A stretch of DNA of 64,000 bases, taken from the NCBI RefSeq assembly GCF_029207735.1, contig NZ_CP104395.1, positions 414,692 to 478,691 of the forward strand, given 5' to 3'. The notes beneath the pieces are model-generated. The model searched no databases. It saw only the letters and a program-made list of their open reading frames with translations, and had not been told where the DNA came from. Position numbers and translations under genes: made by a program. Shown here piece after piece: positions 28,071 through 38,030 of this stretch. Every line of letters starts with the position of its first letter. Position 1 is the first letter of the stretch. The DNA is from Candidatus Nanohalococcus occultus (GTDB lineage: Archaea > Nanohalarchaeota > Nanosalinia > Nanosalinales > Nanosalinaceae).

Positions 28071-28670
28071 ATGGGTCTTGACTCTAAGGACGATATAATG
28101 GAAGCGACGTACAAGGCGCTTTCAAAACACGGCTATGCTGATCTCTCGATACAGAAGATAGCCGATGAGTCCGAGAAAGGAAAGTCGCTGATATACTATC
28201 ATTATGATGACAAACAGGACCTGATCCTGGCGTTCCTCGATAGCATGAAAAACCACCTTGAGGCACGGTACTCTGAACTTTCCGATCTGCCGGCCGAAGA
28301 AGCTCTCGACCAGTTACTTGACATGGTACTGGGTATTGAAAATGAGGAGGACTGGGAGTTCAGGACGGCTCTGCTTGAAATCCGCGCACAGCTGCCTTAC
28401 AATCCTGATCTAGCAGATAAATTCCGGGAGATAGATGAACTATCCATGGAGTTGGTCTCCGATATAACGCGTAGACTTGGAGCTAACGACCCAGAAAAGA
28501 AAGCTCAGATACTTGTATCTTTAATAGAGGGAGCGGTAAACAGGAAAATTGCGCTTCAGGATAGAAAAGGTCTAAAACAGCTTAAAAGTACTATAAAAGA
28601 AGTAGCTGAATTAGAGATTTCGGAACGTAAAAAAGGGAAAGAAAGCTTGGCTGGAAACGAGGAGCTTTAA
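28071..28670 (+). CDS. TetR/AcrR family transcriptional regulator
   Basis: N-terminal HTH ATYKALSKHGYADLSIQKIADESEKGKSLIYYHY; divergent from the RND operon. Confidence 0.75.
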   Translation: MGLDSKDDIMEATYKALSKHGYADLSIQKIADESEKGKSLIYYHYDDKQDLILAFLDSMKNHLEARYSELSDLPAEEALDQLLDMVLGIENEEDWEFRTALLEIRAQLPYNPDLADKFREIDELSMELVSDITRRLGANDPEKKAQILVSLIEGAVNRKIALQDRKGLKQLKSTIKEVAELEISERKKGKESLAGNEEL

Positions 28671-29530
28671 AACTCCTCGACTTCCAGTTTGCCGGAAAGA
28701 GTCCGGTTTGGATACGGAATATCGATTCCTTCTTCGTCGAAACGCTCTTTTACGTTCTGAACGAAGGTAGAACGAGTCTTCACGAAATCGCTTCTAGCAG
28801 GATCTTTGATCCAGATACGGGACTGAAGCCCTACGCTTGAATCACCTAGCTCCGTTAAACGAACGGAAGGCCCGGGTTCTTCAAGGATCTGATCGTGCTT
28901 GCGAGCCTCCTCCATGATGATAGAGGTAGCTTCCTCGATGTCGTCCTCGTATCCGATACCGAAGACGAACTTGAGACGAAGCGTATCGTGTGCGACAGGG
29001 TTTTTCACCGCGTTGTTCGCCAGCTCGCTGTTAGAAACTGTGATAAGCTCGTTGTCAAACGTTTTGATCCGGGTAACTCTCAAGTCGATCTCATCGACCG
29101 TTCCCGATCCGTTCGACCACTCGATCCAGTCTCCTTTCTTGAAAGGCTTGTCTTTCAGGATGAAGAGTCCGGATACGAAGTTAGAGATCAGCTCCTGTGA
29201 TGCGAAACCGATAGCCAGTGCCAATGCTCCTCCCAGCGTTGCGAATGCTGTAAGGAAACTTGGGAAACCGGCAACGGTTAAAGCAATAGCGAAGGCCGCG
29301 AATACTACAAGTATGTGTGCGACGCTGTCAGCTACATCGTGAATAGTCTCGTCCAGTCCTCGTTTTTTCACCCAGCCACTTACCAGGTTCATAACGAGGA
29401 AGTTCCCTACCAGGTAAACCGCTACGAGCGTTGTAAGAAACGCCATGACGTCGACAAGGAAAGGTCCATACATCGACATCGCAGCCTCTGGTGACGAAGG
29501 AATCGCCGGAACTGTACTATTAGTTGCCAT
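28667..29530 (-). CDS. Small-conductance mechanosensitive channel (MscS family)
   Basis: TM helices followed by the beta domain GDWIEWSNGSGTVDEIDLRVTRIKTFDNELITVSNSEL. Confidence 0.75.
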   Translation of the reverse strand: MATNSTVPAIPSSPEAAMSMYGPFLVDVMAFLTTLVAVYLVGNFLVMNLVSGWVKKRGLDETIHDVADSVAHILVVFAAFAIALTVAGFPSFLTAFATLGGALALAIGFASQELISNFVSGLFILKDKPFKKGDWIEWSNGSGTVDEIDLRVTRIKTFDNELITVSNSELANNAVKNPVAHDTLRLKFVFGIGYEDDIEEATSIIMEEARKHDQILEEPGPSVRLTELGDSSVGLQSRIWIKDPARSDFVKTRSTFVQNVKERFDEEGIDIPYPNRTLSGKLEVEEF

Positions 29531-29585
29531 AACGTGTTTTTAGACTAACGGAGTTATTAAGTTAGAACCGGTAGACTTTTCCCTC

Positions 29586-30920
29586 CTAGCCTAGCCCTAT
29601 ACCATCTTCAAGCTCTTCTAAATCCTTCTCAATTCCTTCCCTTTCGAAGTAAAGAGTTTCTAAAATACCCAGAGCCGAGAACAGAACCGCTATGAAAACA
29701 AGAACCTGTGGTTTATCCACGTAAAGATGGTTAACCAGCAGTAAGAAACTTCCAACCGTTCCGATTATTCCAAGACTAGCTACTAACTTGTTTCTTTGAT
29801 TCTCCGCTTCCTTTAACGCAATGTAGTTGACAGCAGAGAACACAACGATGAAGGTCACCGAAGCAAACGTTGTTATCTCCTCAAGACTTCCCAAAAAACT
29901 GAATAAGACCGTGAGACTGCCTATTATCAACAGGCTGTATGATGGAACGCCTTTCTTGTTCCTGAAGGAAAAAACATTCGGTAGTTCGTTGTCAGAAGCC
30001 ATTTTATGGCTGAAACGCGCAGTACCGAATAAAGTTGCGTTTATAGCAGAAGCTGTAGAGAAAAGAGCAGCCAAGTATATTAACGCGGCCATAACGGAGC
30101 TAGCGAAACTGCTCGCAAATACTTTTGACGCTACAAACGCGAGTATAGTTTCCTTATGTGTTATTATTTGAGTTGGCGTTGCTAAGCTAGTGGTCAACGC
30201 TGCTATAAGAACATATAGCGCTGTTGAGAGTATTATGGAGATTAAGATCGCTTTCTTCAGTGTTTCCAGTCCGTTTTCCATGTCTCTGTACTCGTAGGTG
30301 AGTAGTTGGAAGCCTTCAAAAGATACAAATATCGCTCCTATGGCCATTATGGGCGGTAAAACACCGTGGTTGAAGACACCTTGTTCGAATAAAGTGAGGC
30401 CGGATCTGGTCAGAATAGCCCATATGCCGGCGGCTCCGAAGACTGAAAGTATCAAAACTTTGATATATACAAGTAAATCTTCTGAAGTACCTGTTTCATC
30501 GGCGCCAAGCATGTTAACTCCGATGAAAACCGCTATTATGCTCGAGGAAAGTAGCTTTCGGACTGTAGACTCTGCTGTAAAACCAAAAAGCCCTGCGGCA
30601 AACGAGCCGAAAGCATAGGCATACATAGCCATTGTGCCAATGTAGCCGACTAGTAGAACCCATCCTACAACTCCTGCGATATTCTTATTCGAAAGATAAT
30701 GTTCCAGGAATGTAAACGAACCTCCTTCTTCATGAGTGGCGGCTGTCATCCGATAGTAGGAATGTCCGGACAGTAAAGCCACTGTGCCTGCGAGTAAGTA
30801 GGTTAGAAAAGCTGCGTTACCTGAGAGTCTGGCGGCTACTCCTAAAACGGCGAATATGCCTCCGCCTACGATTCCTCCGACTCCCATTGCCACAGCTTGA
30901 GTCAGGCTTAAATCGCCCAT
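29586..30920 (-). CDS. APC-family amino-acid permease
   Basis: 12-TM protein with N-terminal GVGGIVGGGIF motif; 444 aa. Confidence 0.7.
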   Translation of the reverse strand: MGDLSLTQAVAMGVGGIVGGGIFAVLGVAARLSGNAAFLTYLLAGTVALLSGHSYYRMTAATHEEGGSFTFLEHYLSNKNIAGVVGWVLLVGYIGTMAMYAYAFGSFAAGLFGFTAESTVRKLLSSSIIAVFIGVNMLGADETGTSEDLLVYIKVLILSVFGAAGIWAILTRSGLTLFEQGVFNHGVLPPIMAIGAIFVSFEGFQLLTYEYRDMENGLETLKKAILISIILSTALYVLIAALTTSLATPTQIITHKETILAFVASKVFASSFASSVMAALIYLAALFSTASAINATLFGTARFSHKMASDNELPNVFSFRNKKGVPSYSLLIIGSLTVLFSFLGSLEEITTFASVTFIVVFSAVNYIALKEAENQRNKLVASLGIIGTVGSFLLLVNHLYVDKPQVLVFIAVLFSALGILETLYFEREGIEKDLEELEDGIGLG

Positions 30921-30990
30921 AAAAGATAGAAGAATGCTGGAGGAATAAAAAACCAGATTACCTGATCGGCTAAACTACGTTCCAGTCTGT

Positions 30991-31563
30991 TTGAATAGCC
31001 AACTAACTATACGACACGCTATAATAGTTTATAATTGGTTTAGAAACCAAGCCCAGTATATGCTGGGTGAAATAGCGGACAGAATAGATATGAAAGTTTC
31101 AGGTCTGTTTATACTGGCGCTTGGAGTACTTGCCGTGTTCTCTCCTCTGGCCGCAGGTATTTCCTTATCACTTCTCTTCGGAGCTATACTCTTTGCCGGT
31201 TCAATAGTGCATATAGCACAGGTTCTAGGCAACGGAGAGCTGAAAACATCTATAGTACAGTTATCTTTAGGTTTTCTCTACGCATTAGCAGGAATTTCTT
31301 TCATTGTAAATCCTACGTTCGGTCTTACAACGCTGACAATAGTTCTTTTCGCACAGCTTGCTTTAACCGGCGCTTTACAGATAGCCTGGGGTCTGAGATC
31401 TGAAGAAGGGAAAACAGAGTTGATTCTGAGCGGTTTCCTATCGCTGGTTCTTGCCTCGCTGATCTATGCGGGATGGCCTTCTACGGCCACATGGGTCCTG
31501 GGACTGTTCTTCGGACTAAACCTGATAGCAACCGGCACAGCAATGATTCTGAAAGCTGATTAG
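30991..31563 (+). CDS. HdeD/DUF308-like membrane protein
   Basis: Repeated paired TM hairpins with G-rich turns; the true start may be the internal Met near 31063. Confidence 0.5.
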   Translation: MNSQLTIRHAIIVYNWFRNQAQYMLGEIADRIDMKVSGLFILALGVLAVFSPLAAGISLSLLFGAILFAGSIVHIAQVLGNGELKTSIVQLSLGFLYALAGISFIVNPTFGLTTLTIVLFAQLALTGALQIAWGLRSEEGKTELILSGFLSLVLASLIYAGWPSTATWVLGLFFGLNLIATGTAMILKAD

Positions 31564-31583
31564 ACTTCCATGTTTCGACAGTT

Positions 31584-32417
31584 CTAGATTTCGTCTAGAC
31601 TGTCTTCGATATCCCTGGTGTTCATGTCCTCTAAGTTCCCTATATCGAACTTCGAGAGATCTATGTCCGATACTTTGTCAAGTATCTGCTGGAGTCCGGC
31701 TTCATCTTCTCCAGATGCCATACCTCCGATCAATTCGGTTGGGAAGGTCACAATCGTCGAGTTCTCTGCGGCCACGCTGTCCAGTGTCTGTAAGGTTCTC
31801 ATACGGTAGCCTTTCTCTCCGATGATCTCGGAGGCTTGACGTAGCTTTACAGCGGCCTCCAGTTCTCCCTGGGCGTTTGTACGCCGAGCTCTTCGGTCAC
31901 GTTCAGCTTCGGCTTCCGCTGCCATAGCCCGCTCCATTTTCTCCGGAAGGTTGATGTTCTGGATCTCGACATCCAAGACGTTTACACCGAAGGAATCGGT
32001 TTTCTCGTCCAATTTTTTCTGGATTTCATCTCCGATCTCATCACGTCTCTGTAGCAGATCATCTAACTGCTTTTTACCAACCAAGTCCCTGAGTATACTT
32101 GTTGCGTAGTTCAAAGTCTGCTTGCTGTAATCTCCGACGTTGACAATAGCGTCCTTGACGTCTTCAGTAGTGTCTTTAACCTCGAAGAAAACCACTCCGT
32201 CAACTTCCACGGGTACGTTGTCTCTAGTGATCGCCTCCTGTTTCATCACGTCCACAGAGTCTTCGTATACCGGCACAGTGACCGGTTTCTCGATGAACGG
32301 TATCTTGAAATGTAGACCTGATTTTCTACTACGGTTGTAGCTTCCGAACCTCAGCACGATGGATCTCTCCCATTCATCGTTCATGAAAAACGGGAAAGGC
32401 CCTGAAATAGAACTCAT
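31584..32417 (-). CDS. SPFH/band-7 (stomatin/prohibitin-like) protein
   Basis: SPFH core (TRDNVPVEVDGVVFF) and coiled-coil AMAAEAEAERDRRARR. Confidence 0.75.
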   Translation of the reverse strand: MSSISGPFPFFMNDEWERSIVLRFGSYNRSRKSGLHFKIPFIEKPVTVPVYEDSVDVMKQEAITRDNVPVEVDGVVFFEVKDTTEDVKDAIVNVGDYSKQTLNYATSILRDLVGKKQLDDLLQRRDEIGDEIQKKLDEKTDSFGVNVLDVEIQNINLPEKMERAMAAEAEAERDRRARRTNAQGELEAAVKLRQASEIIGEKGYRMRTLQTLDSVAAENSTIVTFPTELIGGMASGEDEAGLQQILDKVSDIDLSKFDIGNLEDMNTRDIEDSLDEI

Positions 32418-32491
32418 AAACTGAACTTCTCACTCCAAGGTCTTATTTTCTTCGGCTTCCTGTGTTCTAACCTGGGTTTTTCCAGCCAGAT

Positions 32492-33547
32492 GTGAGAAAA
32501 ATTATTAACCTATGTACGGTTGTAGAGTATTTTATGGGAAAACATGAGCGCGGATGGGTCGAAGCAACTGAACGAATAACAGCGAAACTAGTCAACGGCA
32601 ACAATGTAACCGAAGACCTCGAGGAAGAGGGCAGAAGAGAACTTGCTGAGTCTCTTGCTCAGAGGATCTCTCAGGATTTCTCAGAGTCTTTGGAGTTAGA
32701 GCATGCCGGGAACTCGTATGACTCTCTAGGAGATTTCATAGCAAAAGATGACGGAAAAACCTATATAGAGGCTAAGTTTGTCAGAAAGACAGGTACATTG
32801 GCTAATCCGGGTCAGGATGTTCTGACGGAGTTCGATCTGGTTGAAAATGCGGAAAGCTGGAGCGGTTTCCGTGAGAAAATAGGTTTCCCTGAGAAGGTCG
32901 AAAAGGAGCTGAAAAAGTACCCGGACTACCCGGAAGATATGCCTGAATGGAAGTACAAGACAGCCCGGTACAAGCGCGCAAAACACCTTAAAGACGTCAT
33001 AAATGCTTCTAGAGGTCCGACAGCTAAGAAAGCAAGAGAGGTACTGGAGGATGAAAGCTCTTCGGACAATCAGAAGCTCGCAGCAGAGATAATACAGGAA
33101 ATAGTTCAGAAGGACAGAGAAGAGAAACTAAAATACCTAGAGCATCTTGCTTCCAAAGAACAGAACTCTGAGAACGTCAAAAAGTTTGTATTCCTGTTGC
33201 TCTGTGGCTATCACACACAGGGAAAGATCGAACAGCAGTTTTCCCGGGACGTGGAGGATATAACACAGTTTTTACAGGATAAATCCTATGAAATTTATAG
33301 CGTGGATAAAAACAGCGCAGATGTTTCTGTTAAAACACCTTCCGAAGTTCTAGAGGACTTGATTTCCGCTGATATCGGTCTAGAGTTCGATAAGGAAAAT
33401 ACCAAGGTGGAGATTACAGCAAATTCCGCGGAACGGTCAGACACTGTTTTGGAGATGGCTTACAACTGGAAGAACAAGTTCCAAGGCATACAGAACCCCT
33501 CCATCAACGTTTTCGAGGGACGCTATCTCAAAAACAAAGACTGGTAG
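32492..33547 (+). CDS. Hypothetical protein; candidate restriction endonuclease
   Basis: GDFIAKDDGKTYIEAKF fits a D-x12-E-x-K (PD-ExK-like) arrangement; convergent, 54 nt from the C5-MTase. Confidence 0.35.
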   Translation: MRKIINLCTVVEYFMGKHERGWVEATERITAKLVNGNNVTEDLEEEGRRELAESLAQRISQDFSESLELEHAGNSYDSLGDFIAKDDGKTYIEAKFVRKTGTLANPGQDVLTEFDLVENAESWSGFREKIGFPEKVEKELKKYPDYPEDMPEWKYKTARYKRAKHLKDVINASRGPTAKKAREVLEDESSSDNQKLAAEIIQEIVQKDREEKLKYLEHLASKEQNSENVKKFVFLLLCGYHTQGKIEQQFSRDVEDITQFLQDKSYEIYSVDKNSADVSVKTPSEVLEDLISADIGLEFDKENTKVEITANSAERSDTVLEMAYNWKNKFQGIQNPSINVFEGRYLKNKDW

Positions 33548-33600
33548 GTTCGGAAGACGAACCTCCTGAAACTCTCAGAGAGGTTCTTTAACATCTATCT

Positions 33601-34743
33601 TTAATCTTGGTGGATATCTGCCAGATTTTTCTGTTCGACGGTTCCGACAGATATCTTATCTTTATCTCTGATTCCTGGAAAGTAGCTCTTGAGCTTCTCC
33701 CCTAGTTTTCTGCCTAGTTCTACCGGCACCGCGTTACCTAGCTGTTGGTTGACCTCTCCCTTGTTGCCGGTAAACTCGAAGCTGTCTGGGAACGTCTGTA
33801 GCCGTGCTTTCTCCCTCGGAGTGATGTAACGATCCTCCTCAGGATGGATAAATGGATTATTGCTTACGGTTAGGGATGGCTCGTCGGGATGAAGTCTTCT
33901 CAAGTAGGTACCGTACCTCTTAACGATCTGTTTTTCGTGAGGGCAGTTTTCCTTATCCTCACAGTCACATTTGTATTTTTTCGTCTTCAACCTGTCTGGA
34001 AGGTCATCGTAGTATCCTCCCGGCGGAACGTGTCTAATTTTCTCCAATGTCTTTTCCTGGGTATTGGCATATCGCATGTTCGGGAGATCGTCGGTGATGT
34101 TTTCCAAAGCCGCTCCTGCGGTTTCCCAGTCGGCTTCATTTGGATGAGAGGGCTTAGGGAACTTGATTTTCACATCTTTATCGGTCCCGATGAAAAATAT
34201 CCGTTTTCTTTTCTGAGGCACTCCGTAGTTCTGTGCCTCCAAGACTTTGTACTCGCATTTGTAATCGTGTTTGTTGAACTCTTCAACTATCAGATCTTTG
34301 ATGTACTCGCCTTCGCTTGTCTGCCGGTTAATCAGGTCTCTTACGTTCTCCATCAGAACCATGTCCGGCCGGAGAATATCTACGACTCTCAAAAATTCTT
34401 GGAAAAGCGTGTTTCTATCATCTTTTTCCATTTCATCCAGTTCGATGTTTTCGTTGTTCAGCCTGCTGAATCCTTGGCAAGGTGGTCCTCCGACAACCAC
34501 GTCAATATCGTCTTTACTGTAACCTGCCTTCTCTAGGGCGTCTTCCAGCTCTTTACGACCTATATCCCGGATATCGCCTTCTATGAACTCAGAGTCTTCG
34601 AAGTTATGCTGGTAGGTCTCTGAGGCCGGCTCCCAGTAATCATTTGCTATAACTACTTCAAAACCTGCTTTCTCAATACCAAGATCCAGTCCGCCACATC
34701 CCACGAAAAAACCTGCGGCAACTAGATCATCTGTCTCCGACAT
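33601..34743 (-). CDS. DNA (cytosine-5)-methyltransferase
   Basis: Motif I FFVGCGGLDLG, IV GGPPCQGFS, VI ENV, VIII QKRKR, X GNAVPV. Confidence 0.85.
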   Translation of the reverse strand: MSETDDLVAAGFFVGCGGLDLGIEKAGFEVVIANDYWEPASETYQHNFEDSEFIEGDIRDIGRKELEDALEKAGYSKDDIDVVVGGPPCQGFSRLNNENIELDEMEKDDRNTLFQEFLRVVDILRPDMVLMENVRDLINRQTSEGEYIKDLIVEEFNKHDYKCEYKVLEAQNYGVPQKRKRIFFIGTDKDVKIKFPKPSHPNEADWETAGAALENITDDLPNMRYANTQEKTLEKIRHVPPGGYYDDLPDRLKTKKYKCDCEDKENCPHEKQIVKRYGTYLRRLHPDEPSLTVSNNPFIHPEEDRYITPREKARLQTFPDSFEFTGNKGEVNQQLGNAVPVELGRKLGEKLKSYFPGIRDKDKISVGTVEQKNLADIHQD

Positions 34744-34884
34744 AACAATTCTAGGCCGATTACACGTTTTAAAGTGTACTCTTCTCGGATCGTCGTGGTT
34801 CCCTCCATCGATACGCTTATTAACTCGTTTAATAGGCCAGGGTGTGAGGTTCCTGTTTTAAACGTAGCTGCCCTCATCAATGTC

Positions 34885-36294
34885 ATGAAAAATACCAAGA
34901 TTGTATCGACCATCGGTCCGGCAACCGATTCAAAGCAGAAAATCGCCGACCTAGTCGAAGCAGGTGTCAACGTTTTCCGGCAGAACTTCTCCCACGTCGA
35001 CCACGAACAGCACAAAGAGATCTATGAGCGCATCCGGGATGTCTCGGAAAAGACTGCGGTAATGATAGATACCAAGGGACCGGAGATCAGACTGGGCGAG
35101 GTAAAGGAAGGAACTGTCCTAGAGGAAGAACACACCGTAGAGCTTACAACGGAAGATATCGAAGGCAACTCGGAGAGGCTATCGGTTTCCTACAAGGACC
35201 TGATGGAGAACCTCGACTCAGGTGATGAAGTAAGAATCGACGACGGAAAGATCGAACTTGAAGTCCTTGAAGTAGATGGAAACGTAGCTGAATGCGAGGT
35301 TCTTTACGGCGGAGAGGTCTCAACAAGGAAGGCAGTCAACGTCCCAGGTAAAGATATCGGTCTGACAGCTCCGACTGAAAAAGACGTTAAAGACATCGAG
35401 TTCGCAGCGGAACTCGGATACGATTTCGTATCACTCAGCTTTGTTAAATCCGCTGAAGACGTCGAGAATGTAAGACAAATCCTAGATGAACACGGTTCGC
35501 AGATGGATATTATCTCGAAGATCGAACACGGAAAAGCAGTCGAGAACTTCGATGAAATCCTTGAAGCCTCCGATGGCATCATGGTCGCCCGTGGAGACCT
35601 AGGTGTCGAGGTGCCGGCAGCCCAGCTCCCAGCACTACAGAAAGAAATGATCAGGAAATCCAATCAGGCAGGAAAACCGGTTATCACTGCCACACAGATG
35701 CTGGAATCTATGACGGAGAACTCAACAGCTACCAGGGCAGAAATCTCCGATGTAGCAAACGCGGTGCTGGATGGCACTGATGCTGTGATGCTTTCCGGAG
35801 AGACCGCGATCGGAGACTACCCGGTTAAAACCGTCCGTTTCATGTCCGATGTTGTCCAGGAAGTCGAATCCGAAATCGAACAGCAAGTACATCACACCGT
35901 CAAGACACCTGCGGAAAACACGAATGAAATAATCTGTAAAGGGGTTTGGCAGGCCGCAAACGATGGAGACGCAAGCTACGTTGTGGCACATACTTCTTCA
36001 GGAAGTACTGCGCGCAACATCGCAAAACACCGGCCGGAAACAGACATCATCGCATTCACTGACAGTGAAGTAGTTGAACGCCAGTTAAACCTGATCTGGG
36101 GAGTTGATCCTTACTACCAGGAGTTCAAGGAAACCGTAGATTCCATGTTAGAGGATTCAGCTCAGAGACTGGAAACCCTCGGCAAGGTAGATGTCGATGA
36201 CAAGCTGGTGATGACAGCTGGAATCCCTACATCGGTCGCAGGCACAACCAACATGATGCAGGTCCGGACAGTAGAACAGATTCTCGAAGAGTAA
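34885..36294 (+). CDS. pyk: Pyruvate kinase
   Basis: MKNTKIVSTIGPATDS N-terminus; MVARGDLGVE; C-terminal domain. The track ORF from 34774 likely over-extends the N-terminus. Confidence 0.85.
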   Translation: MKNTKIVSTIGPATDSKQKIADLVEAGVNVFRQNFSHVDHEQHKEIYERIRDVSEKTAVMIDTKGPEIRLGEVKEGTVLEEEHTVELTTEDIEGNSERLSVSYKDLMENLDSGDEVRIDDGKIELEVLEVDGNVAECEVLYGGEVSTRKAVNVPGKDIGLTAPTEKDVKDIEFAAELGYDFVSLSFVKSAEDVENVRQILDEHGSQMDIISKIEHGKAVENFDEILEASDGIMVARGDLGVEVPAAQLPALQKEMIRKSNQAGKPVITATQMLESMTENSTATRAEISDVANAVLDGTDAVMLSGETAIGDYPVKTVRFMSDVVQEVESEIEQQVHHTVKTPAENTNEIICKGVWQAANDGDASYVVAHTSSGSTARNIAKHRPETDIIAFTDSEVVERQLNLIWGVDPYYQEFKETVDSMLEDSAQRLETLGKVDVDDKLVMTAGIPTSVAGTTNMMQVRTVEQILEE

Positions 36295-36312
36295 AACCTC
36301 TCCTCGGCTACC

Positions 36313-36906
36313 CTATCGCTCTATAACCATGTCGGGATAACCTTTCCCGACAACCTTAGATTCTTCATTTAACCCGAGAATCTCTGCGATCCCGGCGATT
36401 TTATCCACGTCAGGATCTTCCTCCGTGGTCTCGATCTCTATAAAATAGCCAAGACCTTCAATCCGGTCCAGCGTGACCTTGAAACCATCGACATCGTACA
36501 CTTCGCGGTGTTTGACGACCTCGACGTACTTTTCGAAACCGAGTTTCTCCAGTATCAGATGTAGTTCCTCGGGGTCTTCGATCCCTGTCTCGTACTCTTC
36601 GGTCTGCTCCGAGCTGCGCGCAATATGTAGATCGAAAGAGTTTTCCGCGGACTCTCTAACTCGCAGATAATGAACCATGTCCTCTGAAAAATCCTTGCCC
36701 GGCGGGCTGTAGTAACTGTCTTTCTGTCTTAAAGACGCTTTTTTCTCGTACTGTTCCAAGAGATTCTCTTTTTCCTCAACTTTATCTACCCTGTAACGGA
36801 CCTCAGTCTCTATCTCCATAACTATTCGGTAACCTCTTCCGAGTTTTCCTCTTTGGCTTTTCGCTCCCATCTCCTGAAACTTGTCAACGGACCTGACGTC
36901 AGACAC
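36313..36906 (-). CDS. CYTH-domain protein (CyaB/thiamine-triphosphatase-like)
   Basis: N-terminal EIETEVRYRV (ExExK-like) and C-terminal GYFIEIETTEED motifs. Confidence 0.55.
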   Translation of the reverse strand: MSDVRSVDKFQEMGAKSQRGKLGRGYRIVMEIETEVRYRVDKVEEKENLLEQYEKKASLRQKDSYYSPPGKDFSEDMVHYLRVRESAENSFDLHIARSSEQTEEYETGIEDPEELHLILEKLGFEKYVEVVKHREVYDVDGFKVTLDRIEGLGYFIEIETTEEDPDVDKIAGIAEILGLNEESKVVGKGYPDMVIER

Positions 36907-36960
36907 ATAGCTAACGGTCTATAAAGTTAGACTATTCAGCTTTTCGACCCGGGAACCGGT

Positions 36961-37359
36961 TTATTCCTGATCGAGTATTTTGCCCTTGACTTTCCAGCCT
37001 TTCAAAGCTGCTTCTGGATCAATATCATCGGAGTAATGTTTATTGAACAGCTCGATGGCTTCAGTGGCTTTCTCGACTGTGAAACCGTCGATATCTCTAA
37101 GCAAAGTGTATTTTATAATGTATTTGAGGTCTGAAGGCTGTTCTACGCTTTTTATCTGCTTGTTCCCGTGTTTGAATACGAGCTGTACGTCCTCATCGAC
37201 CTTCTGACTGTTCTGCGCTGACAACCTGAGATTCATCTTGTTGCCGTGGTTGTCCCAACTACCGAAAATAACTGATTCTGATTGCATGATCAAACGTTTA
37301 GAAAAATCAAACAGAGCTGTAAAGTTAAAACACGACGCCCCGGCAGATATATTTCTCAC
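36961..37359 (-). CDS. Hypothetical protein
   Basis: 132-aa ORF; true start possibly the internal Met (MQSESV). Confidence 0.3.
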   Translation of the reverse strand: MRNISAGASCFNFTALFDFSKRLIMQSESVIFGSWDNHGNKMNLRLSAQNSQKVDEDVQLVFKHGNKQIKSVEQPSDLKYIIKYTLLRDIDGFTVEKATEAIELFNKHYSDDIDPEAALKGWKVKGKILDQE

Positions 37360-37713
37360 GGACCTATCAAGTAGATCGGTTTATCAATTAAATCCCGAAA
37401 ACAAGTATCCTCAGAAATCGACTTTGAGAAAATTAAGTTACGGGGGACACGCCACAAGACTTATGCGTCATTTTGTAGTTTTTGTCAAGGCTTTAAGTCT
37501 GTCTAAGGTTTCTAATTAACTTTTAAATGCCTAATTACTTCTCTAGGTTAGAAAATTTAAGTTGAGCCTGCCTGCAGTGTTAATTTCTCAATTTTAAACT
37601 TTGTGTACGTTGTCAATACCTAAGATCAATAACTAGATCCAGGAGATATGGGTCCGGTAATTTTTTCACCATTCGAAGTTATCTTCTATCTCCTGACTGT
37701 CTTTAAATCTTGA

Positions 37714-37938
37714 TTAAAGGAACTGTGGTTTTATTACGTCAGGAAGTTCTGAAGACTCAGTTTTCTTTTCCTCTCCGTACAAAAAAGAAATCGCTATCGA
37801 CATAGTTTCTACAAATTCATCGCCAACGAATGAATCTTCGAGCCAATCATCAGGTTCTTGATAATCAACCTGGCTGGGTTCTTCTACCTGACCTAATACC
37901 TCCGGTGAACCATCGTAGCTATTTTCAAGAATAGCCAC
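37714..37938 (-). CDS. Hypothetical small acidic protein
   Basis: 74 aa after a roughly 350-bp AT-rich non-coding stretch. Confidence 0.3.
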   Translation of the reverse strand: MAILENSYDGSPEVLGQVEEPSQVDYQEPDDWLEDSFVGDEFVETMSIAISFLYGEEKKTESSELPDVIKPQFL

Positions 37939-38030
37939 ATTACTGTACCTGCTGGATAGGAATCATTCCAGATAAAGACCCCAGAGGAGTTCATCCTGTT
38001 GAACATTACTAGGGTCAAAATTTTAATCCG

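Noticed and set aside
34774-34884. N-terminal extension of the pyruvate kinase ORF
   Set aside because: The canonical PK N-terminus begins at MKNTKIVSTIGP. The upstream 37 codons overlap the divergent MTase promoter region.
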